Below, one piece after another: positions 9,815 through 19,175 of a DNA stretch of 64,000 nucleotides. Each line of letters starts with the position of its first letter. Position 1 is the first letter of the stretch. The notes beneath the pieces were generated by a model, which saw nothing but the letters and a program-made list of their open reading frames with translations, searched no databases and was not told the origin of the DNA. This stretch comes from Streptococcaceae bacterium (GTDB lineage: Bacteria > Bacillota > Bacilli > Lactobacillales > Streptococcaceae): assembly GCA_031254115.1 (NCBI GenBank), contig JAIRUZ010000027.1:2214-66213 (forward strand), in the 5' to 3' direction. Position numbers and translations under genes: made by a program.

Positions 9815-9969
9815 TTTTCTCCTTTTTCCTCTTTGTGATAATGCAGCGTGCCGCTCGGATTGTATTTTTTGAGCAAGGCTTCGATTTTCGCTTGCGTCCA
9901 GCCCTCCGCCGCATCAATAAACTCGCCCGTTTTCGGGTCACGATCAGAAATAATTTTTATCTCTGCCAT
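9811..9969 (-). CDS. Small hypothetical protein, 52 aa (below ORF-track cutoff)
   Basis: AAGGAGG SD + ATG; MAEIKIISDRDPKTGEFIDAAEGWTQAKIEALLKKYNPSGTLHYHKEEKGEK; fills the obgE-phoH gap. Confidence 0.7.
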   Translation of the reverse strand: MAEIKIISDRDPKTGEFIDAAEGWTQAKIEALLKKYNPSGTLHYHKEEKGEK

Positions 9970-9990
9970 TTTGCCTCCTTTATTTGTGAA

Positions 9991-11283
9991 TTAATCCACA
10001 AATTCAAATTCAAATTTTTCAATGCGCACGAGATCACCGTCTTTGGCGCCGCGCGCACGAAGCGCTTCGTCAACGCCCATACCGCGCATCTGTCTGGCAA
10101 ATTTCATGACGGACTCGTCGTGATCCAGATTGGTCATCTTGTACAGCTTGACAAGCTTCTCGCCTTCAAGTCGGTATGCCCCGTCGTCGTCGCGGCTGAC
10201 AGAAAACGGCGCTTCGTCAGCCTCAAACGCGTACAACACCTCGTCTGTTTTTTCTAGTGCTTCGTACAAGGGGAATTCTGGCGTTGTCCCGAGCAATTCG
10301 GACGTTGCGCGCAAGAGTTCAGTCACGCCTGTTTTTGTCAGCGCTGACAGCTCAAAAATGGCGGGTGCATCAGCGCCCAATTTTTCACGAAAAGCAGCCA
10401 AATTCTCAGCACTTTCTGGCATGTCCATTTTATTGGCCACAATCAGCTGCGGACGCTCCATCAGCCGCAAATCGTAGCTTTCAAGCTCGTCATTGATGGT
10501 CACATAATCCGTGTACGGATCGCGCCCATCAGCCGCGGACATGTCAATCACGTGGAGCAAAACGCGCGTACGCTCAATGTGCTTGAGAAATTCGATGCCA
10601 AGCCCCATCCCAGAATGCGCGCCCTCGATGAGCCCAGGCATATCCGCGACAACAAAATCACGCATGTCAGGCATCTGCACCATGCCAATATTTGGCACAA
10701 GCGTCGTAAAATGATACGCGCCGATTTTCGGGCGCGCATTACTGACAACGGACAAAAGCGTTGATTTGCCAACACTCGGAAATCCGACAAGGCCAACGTC
10801 TGCAAGCACGCGCAGCTCAAGCAGTAATTCTTTTTCTTCGCCTGGCTCGCCATTTTCAGCAATTTCAGGCGCCGGATTTTTCCCCGTCGCAAAACGCATA
10901 TTGCCACGACCGCCACGACCGCCACGCGCGACACTAATCTCCTGATTTTTCGTCACCAAATCCGCGATAACAGCGCCCGTTTCATTGTCTCTAATCGTCG
11001 TGCCAAGCGGCACACTCACAATATAATCTTCGGATCCGCGGCCGTGCATGCCTTTGCGCATGCCATTTTCGCCCGGTTTCGCACGAAACATGCGATTGTA
11101 GCGAAAATCCATGAGCGTCGCAATCCCTTCGTCCACGCGGAAAATGACCGAGCCACCACGTCCACCGTCACCGCCTGCAGGACCGCCGTCTGGCACATAT
11201 TTTTCTCGCCGAAAGGCCACTGCACCGTCGCCGCCTTTGCCAGCTTTCACGCTGATTTTTGCTGTATCTAAAAATAAACTCAT
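9991..11283 (-). CDS. obgE: GTPase ObgE
   Basis: Gly-rich Obg fold, [23 protein letters not shown]-terminal OCT domain. Confidence 0.97.
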   Translation of the reverse strand: MSLFLDTAKISVKAGKGGDGAVAFRREKYVPDGGPAGGDGGRGGSVIFRVDEGIATLMDFRYNRMFRAKPGENGMRKGMHGRGSEDYIVSVPLGTTIRDNETGAVIADLVTKNQEISVARGGRGGRGNMRFATGKNPAPEIAENGEPGEEKELLLELRVLADVGLVGFPSVGKSTLLSVVSNARPKIGAYHFTTLVPNIGMVQMPDMRDFVVADMPGLIEGAHSGMGLGIEFLKHIERTRVLLHVIDMSAADGRDPYTDYVTINDELESYDLRLMERPQLIVANKMDMPESAENLAAFREKLGADAPAIFELSALTKTGVTELLRATSELLGTTPEFPLYEALEKTDEVLYAFEADEAPFSVSRDDDGAYRLEGEKLVKLYKMTNLDHDESVMKFARQMRGMGVDEALRARGAKDGDLVRIEKFEFEFVD

Positions 11284-11312
11284 AACTTGAATTATAACAT
11301 AAAAACAAGGCT

Positions 11313-12068
11313 TTACGCCTTGTCATTTTCTGTTGCCACACTCCGATTGACGAAATCTTTAAAAAGTTGAAAATGTGCGGGAAAATCACGCCACATGTTT
11401 TCTGGATGCCATTGAACACCCAAAATCCGGCTATCAGCGCTGACAATCGCCTCAACAACGCCGTCTGGCGCGCTTGCGATTTCTGTCAGCGCTGACGGGA
11501 TCTCCTTGATCGCCTGATGATGGCGCGAATTGACCGCCGCTTCTTCCCCATAAATCGGCGTAAGCAGGCTGTCAGCCGCAATCGCAACGCGGTGCGTCGG
11601 ATGGCTGCCGTAAGCTGCCTGCGCATGTTTGATGGAGTTCCCTGGAAATTGCGCCGCGAGATCTTGATACAGCGTGCCGCCGAGCGCGACATTGATGACT
11701 TGCAGGCCGCGGCAAATGCCAAGAACAGGCTTTCCGGCAGTAACAGCCGCCGCAACGAGCGCTATCTCAAACGTATCGCGTTTGTAATTTGTGCGGCCGA
11801 GCCCAGGAATCGGCGATTCACCAAAAAATTGGGGGTCAATGTCAGCGCCGCCAGGAATAATCACGCCATCGACAAAACTCAAAATTTCCGCCGCCGTCGC
11901 GTCCGCGAGCGCCGTATTTTCTGGCAACGGCACGATAATAGGCAGTCCGCCTGCCGCAAAAATGGCTTCTTTCAGGTCGTTCGAGCCAAAATCAGCATGA
12001 TTTTGATTCAACACATCGCTCGCTTTGGGCAATTGATCCGCGCTAATCGCTATAATAGGTCTTTTCAT
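11313..12068 (-). CDS. Peptidase C26 / gamma-glutamyl-GABA hydrolase family glutamine amidotransferase
   Basis: [29 protein letters not shown]. Confidence 0.9.
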   Translation of the reverse strand: MKRPIIAISADQLPKASDVLNQNHADFGSNDLKEAIFAAGGLPIIVPLPENTALADATAAEILSFVDGVIIPGGADIDPQFFGESPIPGLGRTNYKRDTFEIALVAAAVTAGKPVLGICRGLQVINVALGGTLYQDLAAQFPGNSIKHAQAAYGSHPTHRVAIAADSLLTPIYGEEAAVNSRHHQAIKEIPSALTEIASAPDGVVEAIVSADSRILGVQWHPENMWRDFPAHFQLFKDFVNRSVATENDKA

Positions 12069-12153
12069 AGTGACTAAATAATAGCAAATTGACTGACCAT
12101 TTGCAAGAAGACGCGCCAAAAACTCCTAGCAATTGCTGCTAGGAGTAATGATT

Positions 12154-13350
12154 TTAGCTTGAGCTACTTGTGCTGCCTGACGTGCTTGACGCGCTCGTGC
12201 TACTTGTTGAATGAGACGCATCGTATTCGCTGGCGGCGTGTGCATAATCCACGCCCGCGGACTGCATGATAGAGCCAATTGCCGCTTCGCGGCTTGAAGA
12301 CGCAGCTGCCGAAGCTTGTCTGGAAGCGCCCGCAGGCGAATCATCCGCAAAATTTTTGTTGTAAGTCGTGGTGTTATTTGAGAAAATGCCAACTTCCATA
12401 TCGACCGTTTCAGGCGCGGTGAGGTGTTTTGCAATCGACGGATAATAGCCGAGTTTTTCTTTCATCTGCGACAGCGGTACCTTGACCGTGTTCTTGTCCG
12501 CCATCTGAAGCGTCAAAAAATCAGGCGTGGTTTGGCTTGGCTCGATTGTCACCGTGCGAATCAACTTTTTGAGCCCCGCCGTAAACGTCATGTACGCAGC
12601 GCCAAACGTGCGCGCTTGCGTGTCCGTGAAGTCTTTTAGGACAACGCTCGTTGCGGCAATTTTTTTGCTGTCAACCGCCTGATCATGCAGTATCACGCCA
12701 TTTTCAAGCAGCGTGTAATACTTATTTTTTTGGACGACATAGCCGACCGTTTGAAATTCTGTGATTTTCAGCACAATTTTATTTGGCGCGGAAATCTGCA
12801 AATCGGCGGCTTTGATGCGCGCCGAGCTATTGACGACGCGCGCTTCGATTTTGGATTTATTGAGCAAAAGGCTTGCAATGCTGTCACTTGTGCTGATTTT
12901 TGAGCTGCTCGCAACCGCACTTGCTTCAAGCGTCACATTGCCCGACACATTGAACTGACCCACTTTTGAAATCGGCAAAATGAAATACAGTGCGAGCAAA
13001 AAAGCAACGCTAAACACGACGAGCAGCGGCCACAAACGCTTTAACACGCGACCTGCGGGACGCAAAATCGGTAGCATTGTCGCGCTCCAAAAAGAGGCGT
13101 CAGTCGTTCGTCTTTGCTTTCTGTCAGCGCTGACAGATTTTCCATTACTTTCGCCGCCATTTTCGGCATCCTGTTTTTTTGTCAGCGCTGACAAATTTTT
13201 ATCAGACTTGTGCGCAAGTTTCAAGCCGCGCAAAAAAGCTGCGCGCTCTGCGCGCGCCTGCGTTTTTTGTTCTTCGCGCGCTTGGGCCGCTTGTTTTTCA
13301 AGCGCCTGTTGGTACGGCGATTTTTCGATTGTTTCTTTTTCGTCAGCCAT
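12154..13350 (-). CDS. divIB: Cell division protein DivIB/FtsQ with Ser-rich tail
   Basis: Charged N-terminus, single TM, POTRA-like region, VDMEVGIF motif; murD-murG-divIB order. Confidence 0.85.
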   Translation of the reverse strand: MADEKETIEKSPYQQALEKQAAQAREEQKTQARAERAAFLRGLKLAHKSDKNLSALTKKQDAENGGESNGKSVSADRKQRRTTDASFWSATMLPILRPAGRVLKRLWPLLVVFSVAFLLALYFILPISKVGQFNVSGNVTLEASAVASSSKISTSDSIASLLLNKSKIEARVVNSSARIKAADLQISAPNKIVLKITEFQTVGYVVQKNKYYTLLENGVILHDQAVDSKKIAATSVVLKDFTDTQARTFGAAYMTFTAGLKKLIRTVTIEPSQTTPDFLTLQMADKNTVKVPLSQMKEKLGYYPSIAKHLTAPETVDMEVGIFSNNTTTYNKNFADDSPAGASRQASAAASSSREAAIGSIMQSAGVDYAHAASEYDASHSTSSTSASSTSGSTSSSS

Positions 13351-14419
13351 GGCTTGCACTTAAAATCAGTTTGTAGAGCCGCAAAGACGCATCAGGAACG
13401 CCAGATTCGCGCGCTGCGGCACTCATTTTATTATATTTTACACTATTTCCCAGGATTTCGGAAATGGCACGAACAAGTCTCGCGCCTGTAAGCTCGGAAT
13501 CCTTGATAATACTTGCAGCGCCCGCGTCCACGTACTCTTGCGCATTTTTCGTCTGCTGATCCGCCGTGACGTTCGGCGACGGAATATAGATTGCAGGCAA
13601 GCCCAAAGCCGTCACCTCGGCAATCGTCGTTGAGCCACTGCGCCCGAGAAACAGGTGACTTTTCGCTAAAAGCTCGGTCATATTGTGAATATACGGGCGA
13701 ATATCAAGCTTCGGATTATCCGCATATTTCTCAAAAATCGGCTTATAATCGTCGTAATAAATTTGCCCCGACGCATAAACCGTGCGAAAATTAGCCGTCG
13801 CAAGCTCTGGCAAAGCGTCAACAAATGCGCGATTGAGCGTCAGCGCACCGCGCGAGCCGCCAAAAATAACGACTGTTGGCGTTTCAAATTTGGACATTTG
13901 TTGCGACGCGTCAGCGACTTCTTGTGCGCGCGGATTGCCCGTAAATGCCGTTTTTTCTGACGGAAAATAGCTCTCAGCTGCGTGAAAACCCACAGCAATT
14001 TTCGAGACGCGCTTGGCCAAAAAGCGATTCGTGATGCCAGGGTACGAATTTCCCTCGTGAACCACCGTCGGAATTTTCAGCTGCGTAGCCGCGTAAACAA
14101 CGGGTCCCGAAACATAGCCGCCCGTGCCAAGGACGACATCAGGCTTGAACGCGCGCATGATTTTTTTCGCCTCGGAAATAGCCGTGAAAAATTCAAACGC
14201 GGTTTTGATGTTTTGCAGGCTAAGCGAGCGCCTAATGCCCTGAATTTTCACGGTTTTAAACGCCAATCCCGCCTCAGGCACAAGCGTACTCTCGAGCCCT
14301 TTTTCCGTACCAATGTAGAGAATCTCTGACTCGGGCTCCATTTTTTTGAGATAATTGACAAATGCGAGCGCTGGATAAATGTGCCCGCCTGTACCGCCGC
14401 CTGTAACGATTAGCCTCAT
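13343..14419 (-). CDS. murG: Lipid I GlcNAc transferase MurG
   Basis: GGGTGGHIYP, GGYVS, TGNPR, GGSRGA. Confidence 0.97.
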   Translation of the reverse strand: MRLIVTGGGTGGHIYPALAFVNYLKKMEPESEILYIGTEKGLESTLVPEAGLAFKTVKIQGIRRSLSLQNIKTAFEFFTAISEAKKIMRAFKPDVVLGTGGYVSGPVVYAATQLKIPTVVHEGNSYPGITNRFLAKRVSKIAVGFHAAESYFPSEKTAFTGNPRAQEVADASQQMSKFETPTVVIFGGSRGALTLNRAFVDALPELATANFRTVYASGQIYYDDYKPIFEKYADNPKLDIRPYIHNMTELLAKSHLFLGRSGSTTIAEVTALGLPAIYIPSPNVTADQQTKNAQEYVDAGAASIIKDSELTGARLVRAISEILGNSVKYNKMSAAARESGVPDASLRLYKLILSASHG

Positions 14420-15765
14420 TTTGCGCCTCGCAATGCTTCAAATGCGTCAATAAACAAGTCGCCGCGCTCCTCAAACGTTTTATATTGATCCCAGCTCGCG
14501 CACGCGGGCGACAAGAGAATCACGTCCCCTACATCAGATGCGGCAAATGCTTTTGTCAGCGCGTCATCGACTTTGTCAGCCCTGACAACGGGAATACCCA
14601 GTCTGTCAGCCGCAGACGCCAGCTTGTCAGCCGTCTCACCAACGACGACAAGGCCTTTGAGCCCTGACAGATTGTCAAACAACGCGTCAAAATCATTTCC
14701 GCGGTCAAGTCCGCCTGCAATCAGCCAGAGACTTTGGGCGTCAAAACCCGAAAGCGCATGCTGCGTCTCAACAATATTAGTTGCTTTTGAGTCGTTATAA
14801 ACTTTGCGGCCTGACAACTCGCCGAGATATTGATTGCGGTGTTTCACGCCTTTAAAAGTCGTCAAAACAGAAATAATCGCGGCGTTGTCTATGCCTTTGA
14901 TTTTTGCAACGGCAAGTGCAGCCAGTGCATTTTCAAGATAGGCGTCACCTGGCAGCGACAAATCAGAGACGCGCAGAATTTCCTCACCTTTGTAGAAAAT
15001 GACGCCGTCTTTTGAATACGCGCCATTGACCACCGAATCCGTCGCAAATGGCACAATCGTCGCCTTTGTCGTGAGCGCGCGCTGCTCAAGCTTTGGCTGA
15101 TTGAAATTCAACACCAAGAAATCATCCGCATTCATCGCCGCCTGAATGCGCCATTTCGCGTTTTCATACGCTTCTTGTGAGCCGTGCCAATCCAAATGCG
15201 CGCTGTAAAAATTGACAATAACGGCAATATGCGGGTGAAAATGCTGCGTGCCTTGCAGCTGAAAGCTCGAAAGCTCCATGACAATGTCGTCAGTCGCGCC
15301 AGCAGCACTTACCACTTCAGACGCTGGAAAACCAATATTTCCAGCGAGTTTGGGCGTACGTCCGCCAGCTGACAAAATATCCGCAATCAGCGTCGTTGTC
15401 GTCGTTTTTCCCGCCGTGCCCGTGATGCCAATAATCTCGGCTTCTGAAAGCTCCCACGCAAGCTCAACCTCTGTAATAACAGGAATTTCGCGGCGCAACG
15501 CTTCTGCAACCATGACATTGTCATAGCGAATGCCCGGATTTTTCACCAAAAGAGAAATCCCGTCATCAAACAGCGCCAGATCATGCTTTCCCGTGACAAC
15601 GCGCACATCAAGCGCTGAAAGACTGTCAGGAATGCCAGAATTTCCGCCGTCATTCACCGTGACAAGCGCGCCCAAATCATGCAGCACGCGCGCTGCTGCA
15701 ACGCCCGATTTGCCAAGTCCAAGCACAAGCACGCACCGTCCTTTATAATCCGTCTTTTGTTTCAT
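14416..15765 (-). CDS. murD: UDP-MurNAc-L-Ala:D-Glu ligase
   Basis: GLGKSG, NPGI, GITGTAGKTT, ELSSFQL, NDSKATN, SPACASWDQ. Confidence 0.97.
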   Translation of the reverse strand: MKQKTDYKGRCVLVLGLGKSGVAAARVLHDLGALVTVNDGGNSGIPDSLSALDVRVVTGKHDLALFDDGISLLVKNPGIRYDNVMVAEALRREIPVITEVELAWELSEAEIIGITGTAGKTTTTTLIADILSAGGRTPKLAGNIGFPASEVVSAAGATDDIVMELSSFQLQGTQHFHPHIAVIVNFYSAHLDWHGSQEAYENAKWRIQAAMNADDFLVLNFNQPKLEQRALTTKATIVPFATDSVVNGAYSKDGVIFYKGEEILRVSDLSLPGDAYLENALAALAVAKIKGIDNAAIISVLTTFKGVKHRNQYLGELSGRKVYNDSKATNIVETQHALSGFDAQSLWLIAGGLDRGNDFDALFDNLSGLKGLVVVGETADKLASAADRLGIPVVRADKVDDALTKAFAASDVGDVILLSPACASWDQYKTFEERGDLFIDAFEALRGAK

Positions 15766-15804
15766 AACGCTTATTTTACCATTTTTGGCATCAAAAAACT
15801 GACC

Positions 15805-17283
15805 TCAGTCAGCTTTAGGAAGTTTGAGCGTGAACGTCGTTCCAACACCGACGGCACTTTCAAGTACGATTTTCCCCGCGTAAAATTTGACAAGATTTGA
15901 CAAAACTGCAAGGCCAATGCCTGTGCCACCAATCTCACGATTGCGTGACTTATCTGCACGGAAAAAACGCTCAAAGACACGCGGTACTTCGCTCTCAGGG
16001 ATTCCCATGCCATGATCTGTCAGCCGCGTCGTCACAAAATCAGCCTCAACTGACAGCGCGATTTCGATTAATTTTTCGCCTTGGCCCGTGTATTTGACCG
16101 CGTTATCCAAAAGAATCGTCAGCATTTGCGTGTAATGATGCGCATTTACTTGCGCAATTCCCGTTCCTTTCGATTCGTCACGGAATTTAATCTCAAAATC
16201 AGGATACAATTTTCTAAAATTTCGGATGGCCTCTGCACACTCTTTTGAAAGCATACAGGTTGCTAGCCGATTTTCTTCGGACAATTGCTCCGAGCGCGAC
16301 AGCTCAAGCATCTCAGAAATCATGGTATTCATGCGCGCAATTTCGTGCACCGAAATCTCAAGCGTTTCGGCAAGCATGCTCGGATCGTCTTTTCCCCAGC
16401 GCATCAGCATCTTCAAATTGCCTTCAATGATTGCAATCGGCGTGCGCAGCTCGTGTGAAACGTCCGAAATAAAGTCTTTCTGGCTCTTTTGGACAATCAT
16501 CAAGCGCGCCATCATCACATTGTAAAAATCGCCGATTTGCTGAATTTCGTCTTTACTTTGTAGACTAATCGGCGTGAAAATTTCCAGAGGATTCGCCGTG
16601 ACATGCATCATCGAATCTGAAATTCCTTTGAGCGGCCGTAAATCGCGTTTGGCCTTGAAATAGCCAAATAGCGCCGCAGCCAGCGTCGCTGCAAGCGCCA
16701 AACCGCTCAACCACGCAATGAGCGCATTGCGCATGCCATAATACGGCTTCAAATCGAAAAAGGCTTGCGCATACGCGACGATTTTGCCTGTTTTTTGGGA
16801 CCTAATGGGCTGCGACAACAAATATCCTTGATAGCCCTGCGCCGTATTGACAATTTCAATCTTTCCGTCCGTCGTATCAATACTCATAATCGATTGTCCC
16901 GCCGTTGAGAAAATCAGCTGCTTGTTTATACCATAAACAAACAATTGAGTGCGCGACGCAATCAGCTCAGAGAGAACGTCAGACGTTTGTATCACACCCG
17001 TGCTTCTATTGGCACGGTATTCAAACACCGTGCGCAAATTGCTACCTGAGAGCGGCTCTGTCGACTGAGAGAGATGATCGTCAACCAGCTGCATCACCGT
17101 ACCTATCGCTTCTTTTTGGCGTCCAAGGAGAATTTGCGTCGCACTTCTGTAAGCAATGGCCGCAAACAGCGTAAATGCTATGAAAAAAAAGAGTGCATTA
17201 GCAAAAGACCAGCGCCAAAGCAAACTCCTTTTCGGTTTTTCCACAATTCCCGTGAAATTTTTTGAAACTTTCGAGCGGCTCAT
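15805..17283 (-). CDS. Sensor histidine kinase (ArlS/CovS/KinA-like)
   Basis: Two TMs, HAMP, SHELRTP H-box, DNAVKY, DHGMGI, GTGIGL. Confidence 0.92.
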   Translation of the reverse strand: MSRSKVSKNFTGIVEKPKRSLLWRWSFANALFFFIAFTLFAAIAYRSATQILLGRQKEAIGTVMQLVDDHLSQSTEPLSGSNLRTVFEYRANRSTGVIQTSDVLSELIASRTQLFVYGINKQLIFSTAGQSIMSIDTTDGKIEIVNTAQGYQGYLLSQPIRSQKTGKIVAYAQAFFDLKPYYGMRNALIAWLSGLALAATLAAALFGYFKAKRDLRPLKGISDSMMHVTANPLEIFTPISLQSKDEIQQIGDFYNVMMARLMIVQKSQKDFISDVSHELRTPIAIIEGNLKMLMRWGKDDPSMLAETLEISVHEIARMNTMISEMLELSRSEQLSEENRLATCMLSKECAEAIRNFRKLYPDFEIKFRDESKGTGIAQVNAHHYTQMLTILLDNAVKYTGQGEKLIEIALSVEADFVTTRLTDHGMGIPESEVPRVFERFFRADKSRNREIGGTGIGLAVLSNLVKFYAGKIVLESAVGVGTTFTLKLPKAD

Positions 17284-17284
17284 A

Positions 17285-17986
17285 TTAAATCCTGATATCC
17301 CGCATAATATAACCCAAACCGCGCACCGTCTGGATGTAGGACGGCTCGCCTGGAACGTCCAATTTATTTCTCAGATAGCGAATGTAGACATCCACGACAT
17401 TCGTTTCTGAGTTCGGAAAGCCCCAAACCTCAGTTACCAAATACTCGCGCGTCACGGTATTGCCTGCATTTTTCATCAGATTCAAAAGCAGCTCGTACTC
17501 GCGCTTTGTAAGATCAATAATCTTGTCGCCGCGATGCACGGTACGATTTGCCTTATCGATAACCAAATCACGAAATGCAGTGCGATTTTGCGCGTAGAGA
17601 TCATTTTCGAGCGCTGCATCTTCCCGCCTGAAATACGCGCGCAAACGCGCAAGCAATTCCTCAATCGCAAAAGGTTTGACAATATAATCGTCGGCGCCGA
17701 TGTCAAGTCCAGCCACGCGGTCCATCGTCGAATCACGCGCCGTCATCATGATAATCGGCGTTTTAATTTCGCTTTTACGCAAACGGCGTGCAACCTCAAA
17801 GCCGTCAAGCTCAGGCAACATCAAATCCAGCAAAATCAAATCATATTTTTCTGTCTGCGCTTCTTCAAGCCCGTGCCGCCCATCAGCCTCCACGTGCGTG
17901 CGATAGCCTTCGTGCTCCAGCTCAAGCGACACAAAACGCGATAGATTTTTTTCATCTTCAATGATTAAAATTTTTTTAGCGACCAT
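17285..17986 (-). CDS. OmpR-family response regulator (ArlR/CovR/LlrA-like)
   Basis: IIEDE, LDLMLP, GADDYIVKPF, winged helix NVVDVYIRYLRNK, TVRGLGY. Confidence 0.93.
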   Translation of the reverse strand: MVAKKILIIEDEKNLSRFVSLELEHEGYRTHVEADGRHGLEEAQTEKYDLILLDLMLPELDGFEVARRLRKSEIKTPIIMMTARDSTMDRVAGLDIGADDYIVKPFAIEELLARLRAYFRREDAALENDLYAQNRTAFRDLVIDKANRTVHRGDKIIDLTKREYELLLNLMKNAGNTVTREYLVTEVWGFPNSETNVVDVYIRYLRNKLDVPGEPSYIQTVRGLGYIMRDIRI

Positions 17987-18018
17987 ATTTTCTCCTCTTG
18001 TTTTTCATTTTTCTATTA

Positions 18019-18063
18019 GACTTGTTTCATAAATCCATTTTATTTTTGAAAAAGATCAGTTTT
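18019..18063. repeat. Degenerate single end of the MITE-like family
   Basis: TA-GACTTGTTTCATAAATCCATTTTATTTTTGAA resembles the first ~45 nt of the 1227 copy. Confidence 0.45.
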
Positions 18064-18091
18064 AATTTATCTTAATTTCTTTAATTAAAGC

Positions 18092-18610
18092 TTAATTTTC
18101 TTCAAAAATTTTTCCCAAATTGGAAAATGGATTACTCTTTTGCTTTTCTTCTTTTTGCAGGGCAGCATAATCTTCCTCTGACAAAACTTGCCACGCGTTG
18201 CCAGAAGGCAATTTCTCATTTTTTTCTTCGTCAGCCGTCAAAATCTGCAGCGGAATTTCAAGCAAAACATTGTCAGCCAAGGAATCGTCCAGGCTTATTT
18301 CATCGCTTTCAAGCGCAAGCACTGCCTCATTTTCGTCAGCTGACGCAGCATCTGAAAAGGTCTCAGCGACATCAAGCACCACCTCGCGCGCAACGGGCGT
18401 CAAACTGCGGCTTGACGGCAACGTGATGGTGTAACTCGCCGTGTAGACAAGGTCGTAATAGCCGTCCTCAAAGCGAATCGTGCCTTTTACTGTCAGCGCT
18501 GACAGCGAAAGAATACTGGGTTCGCGGCTCTGAATCACCTCTGTCAGCGCGATACTTTCGTCAAACGCAATCTCGCGCTCACGTTGAATTTCTTGTAACT
18601 TCCATTTCAT
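18092..18610 (-). CDS. YceD/DUF177 family protein
   Basis: TLPSSRSLTP, DNVLLEIP, LPSGNAWQV, NPF C-terminus. Confidence 0.88.
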   Translation of the reverse strand: MKWKLQEIQREREIAFDESIALTEVIQSREPSILSLSALTVKGTIRFEDGYYDLVYTASYTITLPSSRSLTPVAREVVLDVAETFSDAASADENEAVLALESDEISLDDSLADNVLLEIPLQILTADEEKNEKLPSGNAWQVLSEEDYAALQKEEKQKSNPFSNLGKIFEEN

Positions 18611-18670
18611 AAACTTATTTTAACTTTTTTATCATTTTTTAGCAAGTATAAAAAAACTTCCCGAAGGAAG

Positions 18671-18832
18671 TTTTTATTTGAGTCCGTATTTTTTGCTCAC
18701 AATCAAAGATTGCTTCGCAGATTATTTCAAACCGTACTTCTTGTCAGATTATTTCGACAAAAACTCCGATCAAATGATAGAAAGAAACCTCACACTGTGA
18801 GGTTTCTTTTTTATTTGAGTCCGTATTTTTTG
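18671..18832. repeat. Direct repeats of the rpmE2 3' end (att-like)
   Basis: 25-bp TTTTTATTTGAGTCCGTATTTTTTG at 18671-18695 and 18808-18832; synonymous variant at 18722-18743. Confidence 0.7.
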
Positions 18833-19056
18833 TTGAAACGATCCACGCGGCCGTCTGCCTGCGTGAATTTCTGACGTCCTGTGTAGAACGGATGGCTGTC
18901 AGATGAAATCTCGACTTTAATGAGCGGGTATTCGTTCCCATCTTCCCATTTTTCAGTTTCTCTACTGCCCTTTGTTGAGCCTGAGAGGAATTTGTAGCCT
19001 GTCGTCGTATCCATAAAAATTACAGTCTGATAATTTGGATGAATTTCTTTTTTCAT
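18811..19056 (-). CDS. rpmE2: 50S ribosomal protein L31 type B
   Basis: [30 protein letters not shown]; no Cys; terminator at 18781-18810. Confidence 0.96.
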   Translation of the reverse strand: MKKEIHPNYQTVIFMDTTTGYKFLSGSTKGSRETEKWEDGNEYPLIKVEISSDSHPFYTGRQKFTQADGRVDRFNKKYGLK

Positions 19057-19175
19057 TGTCATAACCTTTCTGCCATGTCGCGTTTCCCGCGCATAGTTTG
19101 TTGACTTGCGTCAACCTTTATAGTTTATCAGAGCGCACGGCATTTGTCAAGCCACAGCTCTATAAGCCGCGACAC

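Noticed and set aside
15757-15768. TTGTTTCATAAC as another MITE end
   Set aside because: It is the murD start (ATG AAA CAA) and lacks adjacent element sequence.
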